A stretch of 61,354 nucleotides of DNA, filler included, from Platydemus manokwari (Eukaryota), in the NCBI GenBank assembly GCA_037951405.1. It is 5 parts of 5 records of this genome, joined end to end, with 100 filler letters (N's around TTAATTAATTAA, not from the genome) between each part and the next. Parts side by side here need not be neighbours in the genome. Positions count along the whole stretch, not along the records: positions 39,335 to 51,502 come from JBBMOY010274448.1; positions 51,603 to 61,354 come from JBBMOY011209765.1; 3 more parts are not named here. The stretch is one strand, 5' to 3'. Numbering within the stretch: the first letter of the stretch is position 1; the number at the start of each line of letters is the position of its first letter. This document shows, one piece after another, positions 39,235 to 52,971 of this stretch. Position numbers and translations under genes: made by a program. Under the pieces are notes generated by a model. The model saw only the letters and a program-made list of their open reading frames with translations, did not search any database and was not told the DNA's origin.

Positions 39235-39334
39235 NNNNNNNNNNNNNNNNNNNNNNNNNNNNNNNNNNNNNNNNNNNNTTAATTAATTAANNNNNNNNNN
39301 NNNNNNNNNNNNNNNNNNNNNNNNNNNNNNNNNN
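39235..39334. other. Artificial contig linker
   Basis: Same N44-TTAATTAATTAA-N44 cassette. Confidence 0.97.
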
Positions 39335-40066
39335 TAAGTTATAATAATTATGACAATTGTTGAACACAAATAATCTTTATAATACACACTAATTTCAAAT
39401 CAGAATGAATAAATATAAAATTGATTTATCGATAAATATGATACGATTATTGCAATAAGATTGGTTTTTTGGCAATTAACCAGATAGAAATAATAGATAA
39501 ATCGATTAATTATAATTACTATTGTTGAGGTTCTATTTTGAAGAAATTAATTATTTTTAGGAATTTATCTTATGGCTGTGCCCGTAAGAGTCTTAGTTTA
39601 TCGAGTAGCTTAAATTTTGTTAGGTGTATTGTCCCCGTAACTTCAAATATGGCACTCAACTTACAGATGATTTTATGATGTATTAATATTTTAGTTGAAG
39701 TGAGAGTGAATAGAGGATCTTAATAAATATATTCTAAATAAATTTCTAATAAATAAATTTCCCAAATGAGAACGATTGTGGTGCAAACACAATCTTTACC
39801 TCGATTTTGTAATAAACTATTGTTATTGGATAATAATGTTTTATTTAATAACTTTTCGTAGAAGTTTTTTTTCAACTGATTTATTTTCCAGTATTTTCAC
39901 CTGGTACATTGACAATTTTGTAGAGTTAATATCGTCGTAATCAATAATTAGATGTGTGATCATTTATAATTCACAAAGGTCGTTTTCAATTTGGTGACCT
40001 TATAATTATATGGTCCTTTTAATTAGATATTTTCTTTATATTATTTCTTCGTGCTATTATTATCAT

Positions 40067-40445
40067 TGTTGGGTATATCACAAATCAATCAAAAGGGTTC
40101 CAAGAACCAAGGAAAAACCAATCAGATTCGTTCTAATGTTAATCCATATTTAGAAGCTAAAATTCGAAAGCACGTGCCTAAAACGGCAGCTAGATGGATC
40201 TATAAAAGAAGTTGAATTCAAAGGATTCTTGCCAGTCTATTTTTGGTCGGTAACTTTAGTGTTTAGCTTATGCGAGATTTTAGTAATCAGACTTTTTGAT
40301 TACTTTTCATTTTGTTTATGACTTTCGGACGCTCATCCCATATTGAGTGATTTTCTTTGTGAATTACGTAAAGATTTGTTATTGTTAGTGTATTATTTTA
40401 GCTAACATTGATTTTCAGATTGAAATTGTTGTTAATAATCCAACA
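40067..40445 (+). mobile_element. Probable solo LTR (copy 3, internally shorter)
   Basis: TGTTGGG...TCCAACA termini, 4-bp flanks TCAT/TCAC, and an internal TATAAAAG at ~40201. Confidence 0.65.
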
Positions 40446-40488
40446 TCACGTATTATCATTATTTTTTTTAATCATCAAAATTTTTTCA

Positions 40489-41580
40489 CATAAATCTTTA
40501 ATAATATCTTTAGCCTAAATAATTTTTCTTGAGTTCAGATATTATCTTCTAAAGCTTTTAGTTGACATAAAAATATTTTATCAATACCATGTTTAATAAC
40601 CTAATTTAACTTCTTTATAAAGCTTTTTCTTTTTACTTCCTAAACCGAAAAGTTATAATTCTCCATTACCAGAATTTATTGTTCTAAATTAACCGACTCC
40701 TTCACCACAATATAAAGTTATTAGGTGCAATTCCAAAACCCGAAAGAATTAGTAAAATACTTGTTTGTTACTATAGCCAAAATTTCACCAGATGGTCAAA
40801 TAAATTATAATTTCAATAATATCATCTATTGTTGGATTTGTAATTATATCCAGATGAATTCCTGTTTATTTAATATTACAAAATTTATTTGATTTTTCCA
40901 TGTCGCATATTAACAAAAACAAAATATCTGTGAACTGTTGTCTTTATTAATAAGATGACTTTATCATTTTAAAGTGGACATCATTATAGTTTTTGTCAAT
41001 GTTTTGAATTCTTTGCATTTATTATCATTTATTAAAATAACAATGTTGTTGTGTTATCATTGGTATTAGACATTTATAAATCGCATTTATTGCTTAAACC
41101 ATATTCAACAAACAGTCAAATAGATTTTGAAATAACTTTATAGGCAAGAATAATATTGTCAGCTTGCTTTTGAATCATTTAGAATGTTTGATTCAACCAA
41201 AAACACTTGAAATTACGATATAATTATTGATTACTGTTTGTTTATTGATTTCCAAATTTATAACATTGTAAAATGCTTTTTTTTATAATTTATTTCTTTG
41301 ATTGTCAGCTTGATCTTTTTCGACATGTATCCACAGTATTTTCCTCAAACTTTTGTAACTAACATTTATCGATAAATGGGGTTTTCTGAACGGATGTCTT
41401 TCTTTTCGCCTAATTAACATTTATACTGCAGTGGGCATTTAAATTTCCAGTTTGCAATTTTTATGTAATTATCTGGTACATGATGATTTTCCCGTACACA
41501 AAAATCTCTATTCTGTACGATCAGGCCTGGCTTTTTAAAAAGAGTTTCTTTTTAAAATACTTCTCTAAGATTACTTTCAT
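40489..41580. repeat. ~1-kb repeat, direct copy at ~48699-49615
   Basis: Long near-identical blocks such as GATATTATCTTCTAAAGCTTTTAGTTGACATAAAA, CTTCCTAAACCGAAAAGTTATAATTCT and GTAAAATACTTGTTTGTTACTATAGCCAAAATTTCA occur at both sites. It includes a decayed zinc-knuckle-like segment (..HPFR..) on the minus strand. Confidence 0.85.
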
Positions 41581-43174
41581 GTACAATGCATATCGTCACA
41601 TCATGGTCAATAGCAAAAGAAAATTACAATTTTTTACTGTTAAGCCCTTTGTAAAGGTATCTATTGTTATTATGGGGATCAATGCAAACTATTAGCTTCT
41701 CTAACAACTGAAAATTTCAACATGTTATTCTTCACCTGTCTCGGTAAGACATTGTGTTTAGCTGCCGACATTTTTTTCTCTAGCTGCTAATTCTCTCGAG
41801 TCTGATTCTCTTGACTCGTATTTGTATGAACACCCGAGAATTTCGTTGTTGATTGATTAGTGGCGTTATGCAGAACTTTATCCTTGGCAATAATTCAGCC
41901 CAATTTTTCACAAGGCTCCTACCTTTTAAAATAAATACTATAATATCTTAGTCATTTCGATTAGTTAATTTCTGGATAATTAGCAAAAGATTAGGACAAT
42001 TCTCATTCGAAAACCTGGAAAAGATGGTCAGTATAAAAAATAAATATCTGGAGACCAATATCTCTCTTAAAAATTTCAAAAGAATTTTTCTTCAATTTTG
42101 ACTAGAAGATTAGAGCAAAAAATTATAGATAATAACTTGTTCAATTCTAATTAGTTTTCATTTTGCCTCCTCAACCTACCTATAGTCTTTTTTTAAAAAG
42201 CAACTTATTATTTATTTATTTAGTTTTGATATTTTTCTTACTTTTTTACCGTTTAATGAAAAAATGAAAATTTACTTTTAGAAATAATTCATTACAAAAA
42301 TCAATTTTTTACGTTATTTGTTTAATGATTTAATTTAATAAGGGTATAAATTATATTTTCTATTATAAATTCGTCAATTACAAATTATATTTTATCGAAA
42401 TTATTTATTTAATATTTTGATTTTAATTTTATTTTGATAATTACATTCGATGTTTTGCTAGGTGCAATGTTTTATTGATTGCTACGACGTTCCTAACTTC
42501 TTTGTGTGTAAGAAGGTTGCGATGATCGTTCGAAAAGGTGTTCTCAATTAAATATTGCTTAGTATTTATATTAAGTTTGCAGAAATACATAAAATAATTA
42601 TGAGTGCGTAATAAAAATGGAATAATAATACGTTTTATTTATTTTTCTTTCTTAACATAAATTTTAAAATCACTTTATATTTATTCAGATTTTTATGAAA
42701 ATATTGATTGTAACTAGAGAAATTATTGATAGTTGCTAAGAAATTGTATTACGTTTTCACAACTAATATGCAAATTATTCACGAGATTTGTATCCACCTA
42801 AAAATAATACAGCATTAAATAATCCATTTTTTTTGACATCAGCAATAGAGATCATTTGGTATCACTTACAAAGTTATAGTAGTGCTTGAAAATGTTATCC
42901 CATCATCAGGACGTATATTTATATCTCAATATGTTTACCAATCAACTCATAAATATTATAAAGTCAATTAACAGAGAACGGACAAATCAATACCCGACAA
43001 TGAAAAAATCGGAAAGGAGGAATAAACAAGGAACTCGCAATGCACCTTAAAAATATCTGGAAATAATCTTCACGTCCATATATTTTAAAAACCTGACCAT
43101 AAAAATGTAATTAATCTGCGACTAAAATCAATCTCAAACGGTTTACATCTTCTGTAAAGAATTATCCAACGAAA

Positions 43175-43495
43175 ATAAATAATTGCAATAGGAAAAAATT
43201 CAAGAGAAATATAAAAATATTGTATGAAGATATTTCTGGACATTTTAGAAAAGTTTATGAAGGAAATGAAGATTAGACATTTGGTAGTAAATCAAAGATA
43301 TAATGGTCAGTTCATACATTTCACACTTAAATAAAAAGGACTCAGAAAGTCTTCTAAAATTATAGCGTATATAGTTTGAAAACGAATTATGTTTCAACTA
43401 ATTATCTAAATGTCCAAATATCTAAACTCATTATCTTTGTCTATGTCAAAATTTTTGTTGTAATCAAAAAAAGAAACGATTGGCGATAACAACAA
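43175..43495. repeat. ~320-bp repeat, inverted copy at ~47087-47390
   Basis: CAACTAATTATCTAAATGTCCAAATATCTAAACTCATTATCTTTGTCTATGTCAAAATTTT is present here and its reverse complement at ~47130-47195. The flanks also match. Confidence 0.85.
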
Positions 43496-43899
43496 ATGTC
43501 AAAGAGTCATCTCAAATTTATTTTAAAAAATAATAACTTATCAAATCATCATTTTATTAGAAAATTAAATATTTATATTAAATATATCAATTTAATTGAA
43601 TTGTGATTGATATATAGATAAAAAATTTTATGAATAATCAAATAAAATTAAAAAATGAAATGTTGGCAGAATAAATAAATCATTAAACGTAATTTGTTCT
43701 TCTCTTTACGCTCTAAATCTAATTAAGCTAATATCTCTGAACTTTCCATTTTATTTTTTTAATTTCCGCAGTAATGTCATTATTTTTATATTTTTGGAAT
43801 ATCATATGAAATATTTGAATTTTTACAAGCTATAATTGGACAAAAGTGCATTATTGAAGAAAATGCAAATGAAATATTAATTAAACGAGGTAGTATGTG

Positions 43900-44650
43900 A
43901 ATAAATTTTAGTTTTCAAAAACGAGCTCAGCTTACCAGCATCAATTGAACTGGCTAGTAAAGAGAGTCATCGTTACTATACAAGATACGATGAATTAGAC
44001 TCGATTGAACCAGCAGCTAGAGAAAATACTAAAGCGGCAGCCAACATAATGTCTAACCGGGACAGATGAAGAAGAACATATTGAATTTATCAGTTGGTTA
44101 AGAAGGTGACAGTTTGCATAGATTCCTCATAAGATAAATAGAAACCAGTACAAAGGTTCTTACTATGCAAAGTACAAACAGTAAGGAAGTGAAAGAATCT
44201 TTTGCTATCGACCTTGCAATGACGATAAAAAGTGAGAATAAGCTTTTACTTGAGTGAAGTTAACTTCGACGAAGCCTCAAAAAGTCATCTTAAAAACGCA
44301 TGCCCAGTATTAGAAAGTAATCAAAAAGAAAGTCTTTCAAAAAGAAATTTTTTCCAAAAAGCCAAAAATAATCATGCAGAAAAAAGATCTTTGTGTAAAG
44401 GAAATTCATCGTTGTCCATAGAAATTTCAAAGCGGAAGTTTAATCTACTGCAGAATTATTGTTAATTATACGAAGGGCATCCGTTCAGAGAACGTCATTT
44501 AGCCAAAATACCTAGCTTTGAATGTTTGTGGAAAATACTGTGGATACATGACGAAAATGGTGAGGTCGACATTCAAAGAAATACGTTGGAAATAAAAGTA
44601 TTCTATAAAGTCAATGACATTAAACATTTGAAAATCAATATCCAATTAAT
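43900..44650 (+). mobile_element. Decayed retroelement (gag-like) fragment, opposite-orientation homologue of ~41250-41900
   Basis: Shares GCAGCTAGAGAAAA, GAGACAG/GGGACAG..TGAAGAA and CATCCGTTCAGA with the minus strand of 41330-41830. C*LYEGHPFRERH resembles a broken CX2CX4HX4C knuckle. Confidence 0.4.
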
Positions 44651-45042
44651 AATCGAAAATTTTAACGTAATTTCAAGTTTTTATTTGTTGAGTCAAAAGC
44701 TATAAATGATCCAATAGCATAAAGACATCCAATAGCATAAAAGCATCCACAGTATTGTTCACAACTTTCCAAAGTAAGGTTTTTTAGCTAAATGACGTTC
44801 TCTGAACGGATGCCCTTCGCATAATTATCAACTTTTATTTATCAAATTTTATATCAAAATTTAATTTCTATGTCAATTTGTAATCAATAATTATGAGAAA
44901 TAGCTATTTCATATATAAAATCGATCAATTGAAATCAATAAATACAAAAAATCCAATATTTTCATTAATATTATGTGAAGCTACTGTTAATTATTAAGTA
45001 GATAATTAAATTGATATAAATTGCGTGTGTAGCGAATTTCTT

Positions 45043-45633
45043 TAAAAAGGACACATTGCGTCATGGAATGCACGTAAACCGACCCATTCATTTGTGATAT
45101 CATATTGAATTTCATTTCTAGGAATATAACAAAAATCATCAATTACATAATGAAATCAATAAAAAAGTACCAGGGAATTAAATGTAAAGATTTTAAGTGA
45201 ATGCATAGCGATAAGATATAAAATATTATTCATATAAAATTGGTGATAAAATATCAAAAATTAAAGAAATTAAAGGAATACAAAAATAGATTTTTAAAAA
45301 ACATGAATAACGAATTATTTAAAAATTGTTTATTCAATAATGAAAAATTAAAAAAGATGTGATGAGAATAAATTCGGATAAACATGATATGGAATTATCG
45401 AAAACAAATAAAATAGCTTAATATAATTTTGACCAAACGCGATTTATTTGTGCGGCAGTTATTGATAGTACACATTTAGAAAACGCAATATAATCAAAAC
45501 ATAAAAACTATTAACTGACTGTTCCTCGTTTAAACATAAATATAAATCAATATTATTTACTAATTTAAATAACTCATTTTTGACCATTTGATAAACAAAT
45601 ACATTATGATTAATTTTATTTCGTTTTAATAAA
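45043..45633. repeat. ~590-bp repeat, direct copy at ~47600-48193
   Basis: Near-identical throughout (AATGCACGTAAACC, AAAAAAGTACCAGGGAATTAAAT, GCGATTTATTTGTGCGGCAG, AACTGACTGTTCCTCGTTTAA). Confidence 0.9.
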
Positions 45634-48600
45634 TCGGCTGTATGGTGGATCATAGTAAATGTGAAAATAAATGCTTTTTAATTACAAAAAATAAATAATG
45701 GAAATATAATTATTTTGGCAACTCATTGGTTTTTATTTAATATTAGATTTTCATTTTAATCCTATAATTATTTTATGATAGATTCTTTAGAATTAAATAT
45801 TTGATACTAGAAAATGTTATTTTCAAATTTCGATTAATAAAAGTAAATGTAAGGTATGGCTTTTGAGGAAACGTCAATGGTGAAAGAACAAATATCATTT
45901 ATAGTTTTCCACCTTATTATTTATCTATAAAAGTAGTAAATAAAGTTATTTATTTTACGATATCTACTAAAGATTTTTCTGATATCTTTCAAATCTTAAT
46001 TAGTGGTTTTTATTAATTCGCTTCGCTGGCAAACATTGCTTATATTTTAAATTTTATCCAATTTTTCAGAAAAAGAACTTTCATTTTAACTTGATCTTTT
46101 AACGTTTTTTATTGAAATATCAAAGAAATTGATTTTATTTCATTAAACGTAAATTAAACGAAAATTATCGTAATAAATTTCATCAATAAACATTAAAGAT
46201 AAGTGTGAGAGCTAAAGCGAAAGAATAAACAAAGAATCTTACTAAATAATTCATAATCTCAGCCCAAAATATAAATATATAATCTAAAATCGAAAGATAT
46301 TTAAAGACAATGAAATTATATTACTATTAGTTACGAGGCATTGAAAATAAAATATTAATATTACGGATTAAATTTGTGAATGGCAATAGCAATTACAAAC
46401 TACATCTGTTAATTTGATGTAGTTAGTATGATCAACATATCAAAAAATAAGTATTTCTAAAGATGCAATCATTGTTACCAAATGCATCAAATTAAATATA
46501 ATGTGATTTAAATATTGATAATTTATGTGTTAAGAAAAACGATAAGGGTATTTAATATGATATTATCAGAGATATATGAAACATCTAAGCATTTCTTCTC
46601 GATGTTATCTGAGTTCAAATCCATTGTAAATCTAAATACAAAGATCGTCTCTAATTTTTATTTAAATTTATAACCACGCTATTTATATTATTCAGAGAAA
46701 TTGCATATACAAAATATTGCTTATGTTTCAGTTTTACCTTTCTGTAATGCCAATTACACTCAAACATCGATGATGAAATAAATGAATTATCACTTTAAAT
46801 AATAAAATTTCATAGGCTATAAGTGGTAACCTAAAAAATATATATTTGAAATCAAAAGAGAAAATAGTTAGTTATCCAAAGCTCACTCTGCTTTTCACTC
46901 TAATTTTCGTCAAATCATATATATAAATTGTTATAGTCGGGAGTTATAAGGTCAATGAAAGAATTCTATCAAAGCATTCTAATTTAGATAAAAATATTTA
47001 ATTAAAAGCAATAAATATTTAATTTTCTAATATAATGATGATTTGATAAGTTATTATTTTTTTAAAATAAATATGAGATGACTCTTTGACATTATTTGCC
47101 ATCGCCAATCGTTTCTTTTTTTGATTATAACAAAATTTTGACATAGACAAAGATAATGAGTTTAGATATTTGGACATTTAGATAATTAGTTGATACATAA
47201 TTCATTTTCAAACTATATACGCTATAATTTTAGATATATTTAAGTGTAAAATGTATTGACAATTATATCTTTGATTTACTACCAAATGTCTAATCTTCAT
47301 TTCCTTCAAAAATTTGCCAAAATGTCTAGGAAACTCTTCATACAAGATTTCCATATTTCTCTTGAATTTATTTCTATTGCAATTATTTATTAGTAATGAG
47401 TTGATTGGTAAACATATTGAGATATAAATATATAATATTGTTAAACGAATCTGACCTTATTTTAGAATCTTTTTGCCTACTTGTTGATTATGGTTACAAT
47501 GTTTGCAATGTGCCGATTCAATTCAAAAATGGACGAATGCATGGAAGAATGCAAACATTAAACCAAACATTGTGGACCACATTGATGCCACACTGGCAGT
47601 TCAAAAAAGGACACACTGTGTCATTGAATGCACGTAAACCAACCCATTCATTTGTGATATCATAATGAATTTCATTTCTCGGATATAACATAAATCATCA
47701 ATTACATAAGGAAATCAATAAAAAAGTACCAGGGAATTAAATATAAAGAATTTGACTAAATGCATAGCGATAAGATATAAAATATTATTCATATAAAATT
47801 GGTGATAAAATATCAAAAATTAAAATTAAAGGAATGCACAAAAAATTTTAATAAAAAACATGATTAACGAATTATTTAAAAATTGTTTATTCAATAATGA
47901 AAAAAATAAAAAAGATGTGATGAGTATAAATTCAGATAAACATCAAATGGAATTATTCAAAATAAATAAATTAGCTTAATATAATTTTGACCAAATGCGA
48001 TTTATTTGTGCGGCAGGTATTGATAGTAAACATTCAGAAACCGTAAAATAAACAAAACATATAAACTATTAAACTGACTGTTCCTCGTTTAATCATAAAT
48101 ATAAATCAATATTATTTACTAATTTAAATAACTCATTTTTGATCATTTCATAAACAAATAAATTATAATTAATTTTATTTCGTTTTAATAAATTATCACT
48201 GGCTTTAAAAGGTCTTAAATAATTCCAATTATTAATTTTATATCTATTTTCTTCGTTATCAAAACTAAATTATGACACGGGAGTTACATGATAAAGATAC
48301 CAATATACATCTTGATTATCCCATGGCATTCCATATTTAAATTGAAATTCAATCCACATTTTGAATATCTCAATGGATATACCAGTGTAGGTTCCACTGT
48401 TTCACGATTTGTTTCCATTTCTAAATCTATATTTTGAATCTGTTTGATAATTTTGATTTTGAAATACAACCTGTTTTTTATATCTGATGTTTTAGATTGA
48501 TTTCTATTTTTATTAAAACAACAAATATTTTTGAATAAATTATCAATGTGAACATTCTAGATATAAGTTTCATTCCATTTTATTTTTTAACTTCTTAATC

Positions 48601-51412
48601 TAATTTTTCTTTTAATTCTTTTTTATGTTCGTTGTTTGCTTCTTGTTGTATTTAATTTTCTAATTTTATATTATTTTTCTTATTATCAATTTTTTCATAT
48701 AAATCTTTAATAATATCTTTAGCCCAAATTATTTTTTCTTGAGTTAAGATATTATCTTCTAAAGCTTTTAGTTGACATAAAAATAATTTATCAATACCAT
48801 GTTTAATAGCCTAATTTAACTTCTTTATGAACCTTTTTCTTTTTACTTCCTAAACCGAAAAGTTATAATTCTGCATTACCAAAGTTCTAAATAAACCGAC
48901 TTTTACACCACAATACAAAGTTATTGGGTGCAATTTCAAAACACGAAAGAATAAGTAAAATACTTGTTTGTTACTATAGCCAAAATTTCATTAGATGGTC
49001 AAATAAATTATCTATTGTTGGATTTGTGATTATATCTAGATGGATTCCTGTTATTTGATATTACGAAATTTATTTAATTTTTCCATTTCGCATATTAACA
49101 AAAATAAAATATCTCTGAACTGTTCCTTTATTAATAGTTTTTGTCATTGTTTACAACTTTACAGGCACGAATAATATTGTTAGCTTGCTATTAAATCATT
49201 TAGAATGTTAGACTTAACCAAAAAAATTTGAAATTACTATATAATTATTGATTACTATTTGTTTATTGATTTTCAAATGTTTAACGATATCGGCTTCGTA
49301 AAATGTTTTTATTTATAATTCATTTCTTTGACTGTCAGCATAATCATCATTTTAGACATGTATCCGCAGAATGTTCCTCAAATTTTTGTAACTAGCATTT
49401 ATCGAGAAATGGTGTTCTCTGAACGGATGTCTTTCTTTTTCGTATAATCAACATTTATGCTACAGTCGGTATTTAAACTTTCAGTTTGAAATTTTTATGT
49501 AATTGTCTGGTACACGATGATTATCCTTTACATAAAAATCTCTTTTCTGCACGATTGGGCTTGGCTCTCTGTAATAAACTTCTTTTGGAAAAACTTTCCT
49601 GGAATTACTTTCATATACTAGATATAAGGCTTTGTGATGACGTTTATTTGCTTCCTAGAACTTAGCTACTCCATTCTTTTTAAAATTTATTTCAACATTC
49701 TACCAACGTTTAAACTTTTAATCGAAATAAAAAATTACAACCCCATTTTCAAAAAAACTATATTGGATATAGAGAGAAGAAATTAAGGGATACCTTAGTT
49801 AAACGTATATATGACACTAGACAAAAGAGGTGAACACTTACCATAAGATGAAGCTAGAGCGTAGACAAGTTGTTGCAAATAGGGATTCTGAATCAAATAT
49901 TATTGTAATATCAGGAGGCCTTCCAAAATAAAATGAAGAACAAACTGCAGTTTGAGAAGAAAGTATAATAAACATATCAAGATTAGCATAAAAATGGTGG
50001 AGAAGATTGTGCTAAATATAGATATAACAAGCCTTCATATATTAAATTTATGATATTATATTATATGTTTATCTTAATTAGATATTTCCTTTAATTAAAT
50101 TGGCTATTTGTAGACATTATTTTATCAATATACAATCTGAAGCTCACAATAATGTCTTCTATTTTTTGAATATTTTAGAATTTTTGACTCAACCGAAAAA
50201 TTGGAAATTACTTTTCAGTTATCGAATATTATTTTGATATCTATGTTCTAATGTTTAATGTGCTCTGCTTTAAAAACTATTTTAGTTTGGAATTTCTGCA
50301 AATTAATAACATTATCAATTTATTTATCAAAAGTTATTTATAAATATAAATATACTATATAATGTGATGAAATACTTTTTAAAATATAATTACAAATACA
50401 CAATATGAAACATTTAACTTTTCAAACAATAAAAATTAAAGAATTATCATTGAAATAGGAAAAGTAATCGATAACAAACGAACGTTTAACATAAATAGTG
50501 TTTTACTTATATTAGCGACAATGACGACAATACATGTCGTATTTGGTGGAGCTGCTGGAGTCACAGTAAATCAATCAAGACAAAATAAGAAAACAGGTAT
50601 ATACACTAAAAGTGTCAAAGATGAATTTTTTGTAGTTAGAATGCATTTAAAACTCTCTGAAGTTGAAGACTATATAAAAAATGCTAAATATCTAAAGTTG
50701 TTTATTGAAAATTGTGTTAAAAACATTTCTTTGTTTTAAAATCATCCGATTATATCTCAACTAGCTCTGACAAAATTAAATATATCGTAACCTTTCATTT
50801 TAAGACTCCCAAGGTATCCTTTTAACTCACCTGTCACCTGTTAAAGGAAGTCATTTTGACTTATAAATTTCTAGACAATTGGTAAAAGTTTAGGACAACC
50901 CTCATTACAAAACCTGATAGAGATATTCAGTATTAATAAAATAATACCTGGCGACGAAAATCAAATTCATAAGATTTTTTGCAAATCTGACTAGAAGATT
51001 AGAGAATTAGGTTAGAGATGATAAGTTGTTTAATTCTATTTAGTTTTTATTTTGTCTCTTTTTATTTATTTTTTATGTTTTTAAAATTTTTTTTCCTATT
51101 TCATTTCCGTTTATTGGAATAAAAGAAATTGTTTTTTGTATATTAAATAACTTTTATAACGTTTTTTACTCATTATTTAAATTTATTTAATTAATTAATT
51201 AAATTAATTCTTCAATCACCAATTCTATTTTATCGAAATTATATATTTAATACTTTAATTTTCATTTTATTTTGAGAACTGCATTCCATATTTTGCTGGT
51301 TTCCATGATTTAATGATTGCTAAGACGCTCTAAACTTTTTGTATGTGAGCAGGTTACGATGATATTTAGAAAAGATGTTCTGAATAAAATACTGCCTGGT
51401 ATTTACATAAGG

Positions 51413-51502
51413 TTCGGATATTATACAGATATTATTCAGATATTATTCAGATATTATTCAGATATTATTCAGATATTATTCAGATATTATTCAGATATTA
51501 TT
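51413..51502. repeat. 11-bp tandem repeat (TTCAGATATTA)n running into the contig end
   Basis: About 8 units, the first two degenerate. Confidence 0.92.
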
Positions 51503-51602
51503 NNNNNNNNNNNNNNNNNNNNNNNNNNNNNNNNNNNNNNNNNNNNTTAATTAATTAANNNNNNNNNNNNNNNNNNNNNNNNNNNNNNNNNNNNNNNNNN
51601 NN
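51503..51602. other. Artificial contig linker
   Basis: Same N44-TTAATTAATTAA-N44 cassette. Confidence 0.97.
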
Positions 51603-52971
51603 AATAGAATTGATTGTGTCTTGACTTTTTTTGTTTTGATTTTAGTTTGTGGTTTTGAAAATAGTATGAGCGGCTAACACCAGGTTTTATCTATTTAGAT
51701 AACGTACTTCGTGAAAATTTATTGATTTAAAAAGCTTAAATGTTAGAAAGCTGGTTTACTTGTTACTCTAAGATGTATAGAGATTCTCTCAAGAGAACAT
51801 CTGATATTTCTAATTCACTAATGAATAAGGTTTACGTTTTTTCATACTACTGCCAAAATAAATTCATTTCTCATGTTTAACCGATATATTTTGATGATAT
51901 TTCGAATTTTCATGATTAAATATTAAATCCTCTGATATACACCGTCATTAATCTTTTAGCTGCTACTATGTCATTTGGTACGATTTAGTTATTTCAAGCC
52001 AACAAGTATATTTTTATGATGAAATTAAATCAAATTATAAAAATAGTATTTCTTATTTATCAAAACTTTATAATGCTCATATTTACTTTTTCCAAAATCT
52101 TTGATTTTCTTTTTCGCTATTGAATTTTCAATTTATTCTTTCTAATTTCTAAATATTTATATATCGAATTATCTATATTTGTATAAAGAATTTTTTCATC
52201 CATCTTCTATATCTGATCTATTTTCAGCTTATTTTATAAGTATGCTTGACTCCTTGCTTCAATCGATACTCTCGAAGTTAAAGCAATCGTAATTCACTAT
52301 CGTATTTGAAGGTTTCTTGTTAGAAATATAATATTTTATTGTTTCATGTGATTGATCTTCTCAGATTAAAATCCAAATGCTGTGCCAACTGCTATTGTTT
52401 CATGATAACTATTAAGGAATTTAATTCCTCCCACCCATGCAAAGTGTATATTTAATGACATTATTAAAATAAATTATCTTACATTACATTAACATTATTC
52501 AAAATAAATATTAAAATAACTATTTATCAAAACTTTAAAATTCTCGCTCCCATAACAATGAAATATTATGTGAATTAACCAACTTCAAAATTTCTTCAGT
52601 TTTAATTTAATTTTCGAGTTTCTTCACAGCTTTTTCAAAATTTGTAATATAATTTTCAATTTTAGAATTAAACAGAATTGGTGAAATGTACACTAAAATT
52701 AAATATTTAATAAAATCATCAAATATTTGATGATATCAATTTAAATATTCATTTGGTAATCTTAACGATGAAGCTATTTGACGACAGTTAAACTCGAAGT
52801 AGCATTTTCAAATACATAAAACAATGGTTAATTATAAATAAAAATTAGAATAAAGAGTAATTTCAGTTGGTTAAGCATATGCAAATAGAGATAACAGAAA
52901 TTATGAAATCAATCAGAACTTAATAAAAATATATTTACAGAATAATGTATGTAATTTATTAACAAATATAC

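Noticed and set aside
44471-44819. mariner-type MITE (TA|CGAAGGG...CCCTTCG)
   Set aside because: The left arm is continuous on both sides with homologous retroelement sequence at ~41330-41460 and ~49350-49500, so it is not an inserted terminus. A local inverted duplication fits better.
51317-51550. ORF with repeated YYSDIIQILFR peptide
   Set aside because: It is the translation of an 11-bp tandem repeat running into Ns.
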